A stretch of 64,000 bases of DNA. Source: Eledone cirrhosa (taxonomy: Eukaryota). Below, piece after piece: positions 1 to 13,377 of the stretch. The stretch is taken from the NCBI GenBank assembly GCA_964016885.1, contig OZ024741.1:399714001-399778000 (forward strand), in the 5' to 3' direction. The position numbers were made by a program, and so were the translations under genes. Every line of letters starts with the position of its first letter. Position 1 is the first letter of the stretch. The notes beneath the pieces were generated by a model. It was not told the origin of the DNA. It did no database searches and saw only the letters and a list, made by a program, of their open reading frames with translations.

Positions 1-957
1 GAACATGGCCATTTCCCTGACGGAATCAGGGTTTTGTCCTCTTTTCTACTCATCAACACTTTTGTCTTAGCTAGATTTACTCTCAGTCCTCTTGCTTCCA
101 ACTGCTGTTTCCATAGCCGGAATTTATTCTCTAGCTCCTCTACTGATTCTGCCATAAGAGCCAGATCGTCAGCATAGAGAAGTTCCCATGGACAGCCAGT
201 CTTAAACTCCTCTGTTATGGCTTGGAGGACTATAATGAACAAGAGCGGGCTGAGGACCGAACCCTGATGTACTCCTACTTGTATCTGGAATTCCTCACTA
301 AACTCCATTCCTACCCTGACTTTACTGAGAGTACCTCTGTACAAAGTTTGCACTGTCCTTACAAGCCATTCCTCAACACCCAGCTTCCTTAGGGACCACC
401 AGATGACAGATCGGGGTACCCTATCAAAGGCCTTCTCTAGGTCAACAAAGGCTAAGTATAGTGGCTTATTCTTCTCTAAGAACCTCTCTTGCATTTGTCT
501 CACCAAGAAGAGGGCATCTGTTGTACTCTTCCCAGGCACAAAACCAAACTGCATCTCATCTAGTTTGACCCTTTCTCTAATTAGTTGTGCTAAAATCCTT
601 TCTGCCACTTTCATAACCTGATCTATCAGTTTTATACCCCTATAATTGCTCCTCTCCAAAGCATCCCCTTTACCTTTGTAGCAATTTATGAGAATACTGC
701 TGCACCAGTCTTTGGGTATGACACCACCATATATAGCCTGATTGATTATGCGTGCAACCAGTTTAGTGCCTACGTCCCCTGATGCCTTCAGCATCTCAGC
801 AACTATTCCCGATGGTCCGGCCGCCTTACCATTTTTCATTTCCCTAATCGCCTCTTGGACCCTATATTCGTCAATCTCAATAGCTGGTCCCTCTGTCGGA
901 TCTACCAAGGGTAATTTCTCTCTCTCCCATTCGTTCTCCACATTCATCAGTCTCTCA
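1..957 (-). mobile_element. RTE-clade LINE reverse-transcriptase fragment (runs off window edge)
   Basis: Minus-strand translation gives GCPWELLYADDLAL, VGVHQGSVLSPLLF, FVDLEKAFDRVPR and IPSGKWPC, homologous to but diverged from the RT ORF at 52057-53682. Confidence 0.9.
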
Positions 958-1664
958 TATATTCATTAGTTAAGCAAAACAAGACCACAAATTTCACAAG
1001 GAAGACATTATTTAAAGATTGTCAACATATTTGTAGTTTAATGTAAGGAATGTAAAGAATAATAATAATAATACTAATAATGTCCGTTTACAATTGTTTC
1101 GCTACTCCATATGATGTTTCTGGATCAAATGATTATAGTTCATTATTGATCTGGTTCAGTTGAAGATAATTAACTTAGGTAAAATTGGAGCATCGGTTAC
1201 TTCAAAAGGAATATAAATTAAGGTAAAAAAGATGGTTACATGAAAGTCAATTATCTTCAACTGAACCAGATCAATAATTGTTTCTACTTTAGGCACAAGG
1301 CCAGCAATTACCCAGTGCATTACTGGTACTTTATTTTATCGACCCCATAAGGATGAAAGGCAAAGTCAACCTCGGCGGGATTTGAACTCAGATCGTAAAG
1401 GGACGTAACTATGCTGGAAAGCATGGCATCCACCCTCCACCGATACTGCCAATCCACAACCAGATCAATAATGATCTACAATCATTTGATCCAGAAACAT
1501 CATATGGAGTAGCGAAACAATTGTAAACGGACATTATTAGTATTATTAGTATTATTATTATTATTCTTTACATTCCTTACATTAAACTACAACTATGTTG
1601 ACAATCTTTAAATAATGTCTTCCTTGTGAAATTTGTGGTCTTGTTTTGCTTAACTTAATGAATA
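958..1664. mobile_element. Fold-back (inverted-repeat) element, probably a Penelope pLTR remnant, interrupted by a SINE
   Basis: 958-1175 is the reverse complement of 1244-1278 plus 1458-1664. The SINE at 1279-1457 is flanked by a 15-bp TSD aaccagatcaataat (1264-1278, 1458-1472). Confidence 0.8.
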
Positions 1665-2080
1665 TTTCCAGCTCTGTGCACCTAACCTCTGCATGAACCC
1701 AGCCACCTAGCTGCCTTCCACTGCATATTGCACATTGAGCACATGCTTTTATACTTTTGGCTTCTAACTAATTCACCAATCTCTCCTCTCCTATCTCCAT
1801 CTCTCTCTTTAAGATTGGTTACTCTTGAACTGTGTGTGTGTATATACACACACACATATATATATATACACACATATATATATCAATCAAATATGTTCCC
1901 ACAAATGGAGCAGCTAGTTGTCGAGGTGCCACTCTAGATGTGCCACTGGTACAGTCAGTTGTTTGGGTGCCATTCTAGATGTGCCACTGGTGCAGCCAGT
2001 TGTTGAGGTGCCACTCTAGATACTTTTACAGTCAGCTGTCACCACCAGTCTCTATTCTCCATCATGTATTGAAGGGTCTC

Positions 2081-4580
2081 AAATATATATTGAGAAAGCT
2101 GTTTTTTGTCAAGTATATATTGAGAAAGCTGTTTTTTGTCAAGTATATATTCAGAAGGCTGTTTTTTGTCAAGTATATATTGAGAAAGCTGTTTTTTGTC
2201 AAGTATATATTGAGAAAGCTGTTTTTTGTCAAGTATATATTGAGAAAGCTGTTTTTTGTCAAGTATATATTGAGAAAGCTGTTTTTTGTCAAGTATATAT
2301 TGAGAAAGCTGTTTTTTGTCAAGTATATATTGAGAAAGCTGTTTTTTGTCAAGTATATATTGAGAAAGCTGTTTTTTGTCAAGTATATATTCAGAAAGCT
2401 GTTTTTTGTCAAGTATATATTGAGAAAGCTGTTTTTTGTCAAGTATATATTGAGAAAGCTGTTTTTTGTCAAGTATATATTGAGAAAGCTGTTTTTTGTC
2501 AAGTATATATTCAGAAAGCTGTTTTTTGTCAAGTATATATTGAGAAAGCTGTTTTTTGTCAAGTATATATTGAGAAAGCTGTTTTTTGTCAAGTATATAT
2601 TGAGAAAGCTGTTTTTTGTCAAGTATATATTGAGAAAGCTGTTTTTTGTCAAGTATATATTGAGAAAGCTGTTTTTTGTCAAGTATATATTCAGAAAGCT
2701 GTTTTTTGTCAAGTATATATTGAGAAAGCTGTTTTTTGTCAAGTATATATTCAGAAAGCTGTTTTTTGTCAAGTATATATTCAGAAAGCTGTTTTTTGTC
2801 AAGTATATATTGAGAAAGCTGTTTTTTGTCAAGTATATATTGAGAAAGCTGTTTTTTGTCAAGTATATATTGAGAAAGCTGTTTTTTGTCAAGTATATAT
2901 TGAGAAAGCTGTTTTTTGTCAAGTATATATTGAGAAAGCTGTTTTTTGTCAAGTATATATTGAGAAAGCTGTTTTTTGTCAAGTATATATTGAGAAAGCT
3001 GTTTTTTGTCAAGTATATATTGAGAAAGCTGTTTTTTGTCAAGTATATATTCAGAAAGCTGTTTTTTGTCAAGTATATATTGAGAAAGCTGTTTTTTGTC
3101 AAGTATATATTGAGAAAGCTGTTTTTTGTCAAGTATATATTGAGAAAGCTGTTTTTTGTCAAGTATATATTGAGAAAGCTGTTTTTTGTCAAGTATATAT
3201 TGAGAAAGCTGTTTTTTGTCAAGTATATATTGAGAAAGCTGTTTTTTGTCAAGTATATATTGAGAAAGCTGTTTTTTGTCAAGTATATATTGAGAAAGCT
3301 GTTTTTTGTCAAGTATATATTCAGAAAGCTGTTTTTTGTCAAGTATATATTGAGAAAGCTGTTTTTTGTCAAGTATATATTGAGAAAGCTGTTTTTTGTC
3401 AAGTATATATTGAGAAAGCTGTTTTTTGTCAAGTATATATTGAGAAAGCTGTTTTTTGTCAAGTATATATTGAGAAAGCTGTTTTTTGTCAAGTATATAT
3501 TGAGAAAGCTGTTTTTTGTCAAGTATATATTGAGAAAGCTGTTTTTTGTCAAGTATATATTCAGAAAGCTGTTTTTTGTCAAGTATATATTGAGAAAGCT
3601 GTTTTTTGTCAAGTATATATTGAGAAAGCTGTTTTTTGTCAAGTATATATTCAGAAAGCTGTTTTTTGTCAAGTATATATTCAGAAAGCTGTTTTTTGTC
3701 AAGTATATATTCAGAAAGCTGGGTTTTTTTGTCAAGTATATATTGAGAAAGCTGTTTTTTGTCAAGTATATATTGAGAAAGCTGTTTTTTGTCAAGTATA
3801 TATTCAGAAAGCTGGGTTTTTTTGTCAAGTATATATTGAGAAAGCTGTTTTTTGTCAAGTATATATTGAGAAAGCTGTTTTTTGTCAAGTATATATTCAG
3901 AAAGCTGTTTTTTGTCAAGTATATATTCAGAAAGTTGGGTTTTTTTGTCAAGTATATATTGAGAAAGCTGTTTTTTGTCAAGTATATATTGAGAAAGCTG
4001 TTTTTTGTCAAGTATATATTCAGAAAGCTGTTTTTTGTCAAGTATATATTCAGAAGGCTGGGTTTTTTTGTCAAGTATATATTGAGAAAGCTGTTTTTTG
4101 TCAAGTATATATTGAGAAAGCTGTTTTTTGTCAAGTATATATTCAGAAAGCTGTTTTTTTTTGTCAAGTATATATTCAGAAAGCTGTTTTTTGTCAAGTA
4201 TATATTCAGAAGGCTGGGTTTTTTTGTCAAGTATATATTGAGAAAGCTGTTTTTTGTCAAGTATATATTCAGAAAGCTGTTTTTTGTCAAGTATATATTC
4301 AGAAGGCTGGGTTTTTTTGTCAAGTATATATTGAGAAAGCTGTTTTTTGTCAAGTATATATTGAGAAAGCTGTTTTTTGTCAAGTATATATTCAGAAGGC
4401 TGGGTTTTTTTGTCAAGTATATATTGAGAAAGCTGTTTTTTGTCAAGTATATATTGAGAAAGCTGTTTTTTGTCAAGTATATATTCAGAAAGCTGTTTTT
4501 TGTCAAGTATATATTCAGAAAGCTGTTTTTTGTCAAGTATATATTCAGAAAGCTGTTTTTGTCAAGTATATATTCAGAAA
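2081..4580. repeat. 30-bp tandem satellite (AAGTATATATT[G/C]AGAAAGCTGTTTTTTGTC), about 83 copies
   Basis: Directly visible periodicity; 33-bp variants appear only right of ~3720. Confidence 0.98.
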
Positions 4581-5124
4581 GTTGGTATTTTTATCATCAT
4601 TTTATGTCCACATCATTTTATGCCCACATTTTCTTACTGGCATAGGTTGTATGGGATATTTTAGAGGCAATGTTTTACAGCTGGATGCCCTTCCTCACAC
4701 CAACATTTTTAGTCACCTCTCATAATATGTGTGGAGGCACATGGCGTAGTGGTAAATGTGTAGGACTTACAATCATAATGTCGTGTGTTCGATTACTGTG
4801 TTGTGTTATTGAGCAAAACACTTCATTTCACGTTGCTCCAGTATACTCAGCTGAAAATGAGTACCATCAATAGCTGTGAGGTTTAACCCTGTGATGACTG
4901 ACGTCCTGTCCAGGGGGAAGTTTTATTCTCTCAGTCACACCATGAAACCGGGATAAGCACTGGCCTAACGAGCTTAAGACTTTAGACTAGATTGGACACA
5001 TGATATCTAAGGATATGGTGTACCTATTCTGAAAACCAGGGTACATATGATCCCTAATTTTCAATATTTTAAATTGGGTCTCATGAGTATTAAAGAGTCT
5101 TATGAGTCAACTCCCACTTTAAAT

Positions 5125-6862
5125 ATACATTACATTTTTATTGTATAATATTGTGTCTATATAACATTTTGTTGTATAATGTTGTGTGTATACATTACAT
5201 ATTTTGTTGTATAATGTGTGTATACATTACATATTTTGTTGTTAATGTGTGTATACATTACATATTTTGTTGTTAATGTGTGTATACATTACATATTTTG
5301 TTGTTAATGTGTGTATACATTACATATTTTGTTGTTAATGTGTGTATACATTACATATTTTGTTGTATAATGTGTATATACATTACATATTTTGTTGTTA
5401 ATGTGTATATACATTACATATTTTGTTGTATAATGTGTGTATACATTACATATTTTGTTGTTAATGTGTGTATACATTACATATTTTGTTGTATAATGTG
5501 TATATACATTACATATTTTGTTGTTAATGTGTATATACATTACATATTTTGTTGTTAATGTGTATATACATTACATATTTTGTTGTATAATGTGTATATA
5601 CATTACATATTTTGTTGTTAATGTGTATATACATTACATATTTTGTTGTATAATGTGTATATACATTACATATTTTGTTGTATAATGTGTATATACATTA
5701 CATATTTTGTTGTATAATGTGTATATACATTACATATTTTGTTGTATAATGTGTATATACATTACATATTTTGTTGTATAATGTGTATATACATTACATA
5801 TTTTGTTGTTAATGTGTATATACATTACATATTTTGTTGTATAATGTGTATATACATTACATATTTTGTTGTATAATGTGTATATACATTACATATTTTG
5901 TTGTTAATGTGTATATACATTACATATTTTGTTGTATAATGTGTGTATACATTAGATATTTTGTTGTATAATGTGTATATACATTACATATTTTGTTGTA
6001 TAATGTGCGTCTATATAATATATTTTTGCATAATGTATGTATACACTATATATTTTGTGTATATTACATATTTTGTATAATGTTGTGTATACATTACATA
6101 TTGTATGTATTCAGTACATATTGTATATATACATTACATGTGAGTATACATTACATGTGTGTATATATATTAGATGTGTGTGTATACATTACATGTGTGT
6201 GTATACATTACATGTGAGTGTATATATTAGATGTGTGTATACATTACATGTGTATATACATTACATGTGAGTATACATTACATGTCTGTATACATTACAT
6301 GTGAGTGTGTATACATTACATGTGTGTATATATACATTACACATGTATATATATTACATGTGTGCATATATATACATTACACATGTATACATATTACATG
6401 TGTATACATTACATGTAATGTATACACATGTAATTTACACACACAGCATGTAATGTCTACACACATAACATGTAATGTCTACACACATGTAATGTATACA
6501 CACATGTAATGTATACACACATGTAATGTATATACACACATATAATGTATACACACTCACATGTAATGTATACACACATGTAATGTCTACACATATGTAA
6601 TGTATACTCACATGTAATGTATATACACATGTAATGTATACACTCACATGTAATGTATACGCTCACATGTAATGTATACACACTCACATGTAATGTATAC
6701 ACACATGTAATGTATATACACATGTAATGTCTACACACATGTAATGTATATACACACACATGTAATGTCTACACACACATATGTAATGTCTACACACATG
6801 TAATGTATATACACATGTAATGTCTACACACTCACATATAATGTCTATACACACTCATGTAA
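5125..6862. repeat. AT-rich minisatellite (TACATTACAT core) that switches orientation at a palindrome
   Basis: ~29-bp units tgtgtatacattacatattttgttgttaa shorten to tacattacatgtg, then appear as the reverse complement cacatgtaatgta after ~6414. Confidence 0.9.
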
Positions 6863-6889
6863 TTACTTAATAAAAAAGTGTTATGTTAC

Positions 6890-7158
6890 CTTGGGGCAAG
6901 TGATGTCACATATTTCACCACATTTTAGTAAATCATTGACACATTTACATAAATTACATGCAGACGTCTTAATTGAATCCTCGAGAGGTTTTCCATCAAT
7001 TAAACAACTGCAGTTACGAACACATTCACCTTCTTGGTAATAAGTTCCATCTGGACAAGCACATCCAGGGGAACAATTCTCCACATTACAGGAATGGTTA
7101 TGGAATGTACATGTTCGATTACAAGCACATTTCTTCCATATGAAAGGCCCTGTACAGT
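6890..7158 (-). CDS. Mucin-like gene exon: TIL domain plus VWC-like module
   Basis: tttcag acceptor, gtaaca donor, phase 1->0. (N)CTGPFIWKKCACNRTCTFHNHSCNVENCSPGCACPDGTYYQEGECVRNCSCLIDGKPLEDSIKTSACNLCKCVNDLLKCGEICDITCPK. Confidence 0.9.
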
Positions 7159-7929
7159 CTGAAATACAAAATAAAATATATTATGGTTTCCAAAACAAAC
7201 TAACAGAGCACTGAGTTGATTGTCATTCTTAGAAAATGTAGAAATCTCAGAGAATAACTGTAAACACAGTCGGTTGCTACATATAACAGCTTAGAAAATG
7301 TAGAACCCTCAAACACTGAAAATAATTTTAAATACTGTCATGAATCTTGGGTAATGACTGAAAGAATATAATCGTGAATACAAGCGGCAGAAATGGGGTT
7401 CCTCCGAAGGGTCTTTGGAGTAACGTTATTTGATAGAGTACATAGCTCAGAGATCAGAGAGTTACCCCAGGTAAAGCCACTACTTCTCCGAATTGAGAGA
7501 TGACAGCTCCAATACTACGGGCAGGTAGTTATAATGTCTCAAGAAAGAATCGGCAGACAGATTTTACAGGCAAAACCAACCGGCAAGAGACTCAGTGGTA
7601 GCAACCTCATATGAAGCCACTTAAATCAACATAAGTTGGGAGGCCCCCTTCATCATCATCATCGTCATTTAACGGCCATTTTTCCATGCTAGCATGGGTT
7701 AGATGAGCTGTCCCATTGTGAGACAAGTCAGATCAGATGACTATGTCTTGCACATACAGAACTGATTTTGGCTTGGCTTCTATGGTTGGATACCCTTCCT
7801 AATGCCAACCACATTTACAGTGTGGACTGGGTGCTTTTTGTTGTGACACCTACAAAACCACTTTACAGTGTGGGCTGGGTACTTTTTGTTGTGTCAAAAA
7901 CATAACCACCTCAGTTGTACTGGGTCATG

Positions 7930-8190
7930 TGAAGGTACATGGCTTAGTGGTTAGAGCATTGGGCTTGCAATCAAAAGGTTGTGAGTTCAATTCCCGGACT
8001 GGGTGATGTGTTGTTTCCTTGAGCAAGACACTTTATATCACATTGCCCCAGTTTACTCAGCTGTAGAAATGAGATGATAGGACTAGGGTCTCTATCATTA
8101 AATCACCCAAGACACCTCCAACGAGATTTACCTTGGAGGAGGCCAGCTAAACCTGCATAGGTGTGAGCTGTCACACACACACACACACAC
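7930..8190 (+). mobile_element. tRNA-derived SINE family B (representative copy)
   Basis: A-box-like tggcttagtggttaga and B-box-like gagttcaattcc, then ccttgagcaagacacttta. Related copies near 4733, 12190-12443(-), 26050-26290(-), 29870, 46000, 46660/47820 (split), 49620-49778(-), 54320-54488(-), 58280, 58680-58840(-). Confidence 0.8.
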
Positions 8191-8347
8191 ACATAGGTGT
8201 GAACTGTCACACACACACACACACAGGTGTGAGCTGTCACACACACACTGGGTCATGATAAAATCCATTCAGTAGAATGATGGTGGTGATGATAAAGTGA
8301 GAGTTGTAACAATAATATGAAAAAAAGAATCTAGCGTAATCACTTAC

Positions 8348-8453
8348 TTGATGTACACTCTTCGTTAACCCATTTAATGAAACCTTCACCTGTACAAGTA
8401 GCTTGAATTAAGTCACAGTCGTTCCTTGTCTCAATCACAATGGTGTCGTTCAA
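8348..8453 (-). CDS. Mucin-like gene exon (completes the Cys-rich module begun in exon 13378-13646)
   Basis: tttag acceptor, gtaagt donor, phase 0->1, compatible with both neighbours. LNDTIVIETRNDCDLIQATCTGEGFIKWVNEECTS. Confidence 0.8.
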
Positions 8454-8871
8454 CTAAATTATAAAAAGATTTAAAGTAATACATATTAGAAATATACACA
8501 ATAGCCTGTTAGAATACACACTGGTGTCCTAGGACCACCTCCCTACACACCACCATCAGCACCCCATAGCAATGGAAACTTCTGGTGTTCTTGGCCCTTG
8601 GACCACACCTCCCTAGTCACTACCACAGGACAGAGTTGGCTACCCACAAGTGTGAGTTTGTGAGCTGGAATGTCTCTTTCAATGCGTTTCCCTCTCCATC
8701 CTCCAGGGAAATGTCTTCTTTATTCTGTCCACCTGGGCTGTGAGGTGGCCTGCACATGAGCCCCTATTTGCTTATCATAGTGAGAGATGGAGGCAGTGAC
8801 TATACCAGCATTGCTGAATAGCTGAATAGCTTACTTGGCACATGATAAATATATATATATATATATATATA

Positions 8872-11572
8872 AATATTGCCAGAATTAATAACAGAATACA
8901 CTCACTGTTTGGTTGGTTTTCGCTTCTCGCTTCTGTGTCTTTTATATCGGTAATCTAACTTATGCAACCCCACATCACCAACGCGAGCGAAATTGCACAA
9001 CAAACACACGATGGGAGAGAGAAAATCCTCAACGCTCACATGATGATGTGGACTGACATCCTAAAGCCAAGCAGACGCACTGCCAACAACTTCCAGGCGT
9101 CTAACAATGGCATACCACCCTTGTATGGGCTCCGCAAAGACCACAAGACAGTCGACGACCCGACAACAGGACCACCAACAAGACCCGTATGCGGAGCTAA
9201 TATAGCTAGTAACTACAGGATCTCCTACTTCCTCTCAATAGTTATACGCCCCATAATCAAGATGTCCCCAGATGTATGTGATAGTACAGAGGACCTCCTC
9301 AGCAGAATCAGTGAGTGCAACAAAAACAGGAACCTATCCAACTGCATAATAGGCAGCATGGATGTGGTGTCACTGTACCCATCCATTAACATTGATTTTG
9401 CTGTGAAAAGATGTGTGGAGATGATCATTGAGAGTGAGGTGGAGTTCTGCGACGTCAACACAGATGAACTGGGCCTCCTACTTAGACTTACCTACGACAC
9501 TGACTACCTAGCCAGCCATGACCTTAGACGTTTCTGCCCAGTAGACCTATAAGAGGTAGACCCCCCACCATAACCTCAATGGCAAAAAAGACTCCCGTGG
9601 GAAGGTGGATTGGGTGGACCAAAGCTATACAGACCCCCCAAAACAATGATCAGGTAAGAAAAATGGTCGCACATGCAATAGGGGCTAGTATCAAAACTAC
9701 CCTAAAGGGCCACATATTTAAGTTCAACGAGAAGATCTACACCCAAAATGAGGGAGCAGCCATTGGCGTCAGCATAGCTGGTGATGTTGCCAACCTTTTC
9801 ATGGTATGGTGGGAAAGGAGACTTAAAGATCTCCTTAATGAGAGCTCCATAGACCTCATCATGTACTCTCGTTATGTAGACGATATCAATATAGTTATAA
9901 GAACATCCCCACTAGAAAGCACTAACAAGTTTGATTTAGAACGTAGCACGATGGAAAGCATCCAGCAGATAGCTAATTCCATACACCAGAGTATAACTGT
10001 AACTATCGACTTCCCTTCCAAACACCCTAACATTAGACTACCTGTATTAGACACAGAACTCTGGTTTAACACTATAGACGAGAGAGCCCAAATTCTCCAC
10101 TCACACTACGCTAAGCCCATGGCCTCCAAATACCTGATACTCAAAATCTCAGCAATGTCCAGTAGTGCTAAGTTTAATATTCTGATCGCAGAGTTGGTAC
10201 AAGTGATGAAGAATGTGTCCCGCATGTGCGACCCAACAGAAATGGAAAGACACATCCAACACTTCATCAACCGCATGCAGTTCTCTGGCTACAACCAAAG
10301 AGACAGAGTTAGAGTATACGAAGGAGCCATGGAGAAGTATAAGACCCTCATAGAACTGGACATGAAATAAATTTGCCCATTATACAGGAGCAAATCATGG
10401 AATAGCTTAGATAGGGCTAGACATAAGATAGGGAAAGCCACCTCATGGTACGACAACCAGAGATACCAGAGTGTCATGTTTGTGGACGCTACCCCCGGAG
10501 AGAAATTAGCTAACCAGTGTAGAAAGGCCCTGAGAAAGACCCACTTAAAGATTAAAGTGGTAGAAAAGCCAGGAACCACCATAAAATCCCTGATCAGCAA
10601 AACCTACTCTTTTAAGAAAACCCACTGTACCAATAGGAAGTGTATCATATGTAAGGTAAACCCCCGGATAAACTGTAAAATTAGAAACGTAGTCTATAGC
10701 ATAAGATGTACAGAGGGTACTTGCAGAAACATGACAACAACATATATAGGTGAGACAGCTCGTAGCATAGGTGAAAGGATAGACTAACACTGGGGGGAAC
10801 TAAAAGGACGAAAAAAAGGGGTCAGTACTATACGAACATGCTAGACAACAACATGACGGTAACATAGACAACATAGAAATTAGAATAATATCTAAACATA
10901 GAAATGACCCAGCAGATAGGCAAATCAGAGAGACCAGTGAAATAGAAATTAGAAGGCCAAGACTAAACAGAAAGAATGAATGGAATAACAACAACACCCA
11001 AACAAACAACACTGACCTAAGAGAAGTATAAATAAGTAAATAAAATAAAATAAATAAATAAATAAATACATACACAAACACAATAACAACAAGCACATAA
11101 ACACACACTAGTCACCCATCACACAGCAAACAAAACACTATACACACACGCAAACGCATGCGCAAAGAAGACAAAATAAAATAAACAAACAAACAAATAA
11201 ATAAATAAATATATAGACAGACTGAATAAAAATGGCGTAGACATATAATACAACAGGAGGAAACGATAACACCACTGACGATGTTGCAGATGTGCAACGA
11301 AAGATTTATGATAAACTATATATATATGTGTTTGTGTCTATATTGTATCTGTATTATTTTTGACCGTTGGTCAGTCAATGGCAACATTGAGGACCGAGTA
11401 AGTTAGATTACCGATATAAAAGACACAGAAGCGAGAAGCGAAAACCAACCAAACAGTGAGTGTGTTCTGTTATTAATTCTGGCAATATTACACAAATATG
11501 ACCCTCCCCAAGTATAACAATATTTGTTTCGACACACGATTTCATATAAAAAACCTCGCAAAACTAATTATA
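8872..11572 (+). mobile_element. Penelope-like retroelement (RT + C-terminal GIY-YIG), 5'-truncated and disrupted, with pLTR
   Basis: RT motifs GSMDVVSLYPSI, GAAIG and YSRYVDD; Cys linker CTNRKCIIC; GIY-YIG NVVYSIRC...YIGETARSIGER. Frameshift near 9550 and stops at 10368 and 10785. 8872-8962 is an inverted copy of 11399-11489. Flanked by (TA)n. Confidence 0.92.
11271..11312 (+). ncRNA. Minimal type I hammerhead-ribozyme motif (degenerate) in the PLE 3' region
   Basis: acca-CTGACGA-t-gttgca/gatg/tgcaac-GAAA-gatt-TA-tgat: catalytic boxes and stem II intact, stem I has one mismatch. Confidence 0.65.
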
Positions 11573-11770
11573 AATATATATATATGTGTGTATATATGTA
11601 TAAATACTTACATACATATATATACAATACAAACAGAGAAAGCCTTAAGCGATACTCCGACCAACTCATATATATATATATATATATGTGTTAGGTAATT
11701 CCAAAGGAAAAGCAAAGGAAAAAAGAGTGCTCTATGTATAGAACAGAGCTATTTAATTAGTTATGTACAT

Positions 11771-11838
11771 CTCTGTTTGACGACCGATCCAGACGTATAT
11801 TATTATTGTCTGGAATCCAGAAACCTTTGGTAATGGAG
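11771..11838 (+). ncRNA. Hammerhead-like motif in a (TA)n-flanked PLE remnant
   Basis: ctctgt-TTGACGA-(tccagac/gtctgga stem)-GAAA-cc/ttt/gg-TA-atggag; stem I pairs with G-U wobbles and core position 3 is U. Confidence 0.55.
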
Positions 11839-13077
11839 TAGTTTTATTTTGTGTTGTTCACTTTCTAATTAAATATATATATATCATCATCATCACTGTT
11901 TTACCTCCATTCTTCCACATCCTTATTTTTTCAAATTGGTATGCAGACATATGCAGTCCTTCTAGTGGGTCCTGTCAGAAGTGTTTGGGGACTCTGCCCC
12001 CATGACCCTCTCAGAAATTAGTGGGTGAAGAAGGAGAATATTTTCCATGTGAACTGAGCTTAAACAGATCAGGTGACTTGCTCATGTGCTCTGTGATTTT
12101 GGTTTGGTTTCTATGGCTAGATGCCCTTCCTAATGTCAACCAATTTACAGTGTGTACTGAGACCATTTATCATGTGTGTGTGTGATGTGTGTGTGACAGC
12201 TCACACCTATGCAGGTTTAGCTGGCCTCCTCCAAGGTATATCTCGTTGGAGGTGTCTTGGGTAATTTAATGATAGGGACCCCAGTCCTATCATCTCATTT
12301 CTACAGCTCAGTAAATTGGAGCAACGTGAAATAAAGTGTCCTGCTCAAGGAAACAACACATCACCCGGTCCAAGAATTGAACTCACAACCTTTCGATTGC
12401 AAGCCCAATGCTCTAACCACTAAGCCATGTACCTTCACATGACTCTAATAGAAACATATTTTATTATATTCATCATGGAAGGGCGGTGGATTGGCAATAT
12501 TTGGTAGAGTGTTGGACAACATGCTTCGTGGCATAGAGTTACTGCCCTTTACGGTCTGATTTCAAATCCTGCAGAGGTTAGTTTTGCCTTTCATCCTTAT
12601 TGATAAAATAGATTACCAGTAACGCTGAAGCGTACGGAGGAGATGACGAAGGACAAGTGGAGAGATGGTGTGCTGAATAGGACCCGTCCCACCCTTGCAA
12701 GCAGGGAAAAGTGGATGATGATGATGATGATGATGATGCAATGGGGTCGATTTAAATCCCTCCCCCCACACATACAACAAAATTGTTGGCCCTGTGCCTA
12801 AACCATCATACTCATTATGAAGTCCGTTTTGAGGCCTTGCTTTATGGCTGGATGCCCTTCCTAGCTACCTCATATGACACAGGTACAGGGTAGCTATGCT
12901 GAATTGTAGAGTGTGAATGTTCGTTGGTGCCATGAAAAAAACACACCCTGTACACTCTGTAAACTATTAGTGTTGTTGCTGCTACAATAAAGTGCACCCA
13001 GTATGGGTTGATCTGACTTGTCTGATCTCTGACTGTGACAAACTGTGCAACCCATTCCAGCATGGGAAGGTTGTAAT

Positions 13078-13326
13078 ATGATGATGATGATGAAGGTGGT
13101 GGTGATGGTGATGATGTTGATGAAGATGAAGGTAGTGGTGATGGTGACGATGATGATGATGATGGTGGTGGTAATGGTGGTTTTGGGGATGATGATGATG
13201 ATGAAGGTGGTGGTGATGGTAGTGTTGTTGCAGTGAGGATGATGATGATGATGGTAGTGATGATGATGATGATGATGATGGTGGTGGTAATGGTGGCTTT
13301 GGGGATGATGATGATGATGATGATGG
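13078..13326. repeat. Compound (GAT)n/(GGT)n microsatellite
   Basis: Directly visible. Confidence 0.95.
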
Positions 13327-13377
13327 CATTTACTTTATTTGTTTTCTTAATTTTTTTTTCACATAAATTTTACTTAC

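Noticed and set aside
1979-4645. 888-aa (+) and 824-aa (-) repetitive ORFs
   Set aside because: They arise from a stop-free 30-bp satellite; no domain, signal peptide or splice context, so not called as genes.
5280-6759. Multiple Tyr/Cys/Ile/His-rich short ORFs
   Set aside because: Translations of the AT-rich minisatellite.
7930-8010. tRNA gene candidates (A/B-box-like sequences here and at many other sites)
   Set aside because: They are heads of dispersed SINEs, lack a full cloverleaf and continue into shared SINE bodies.
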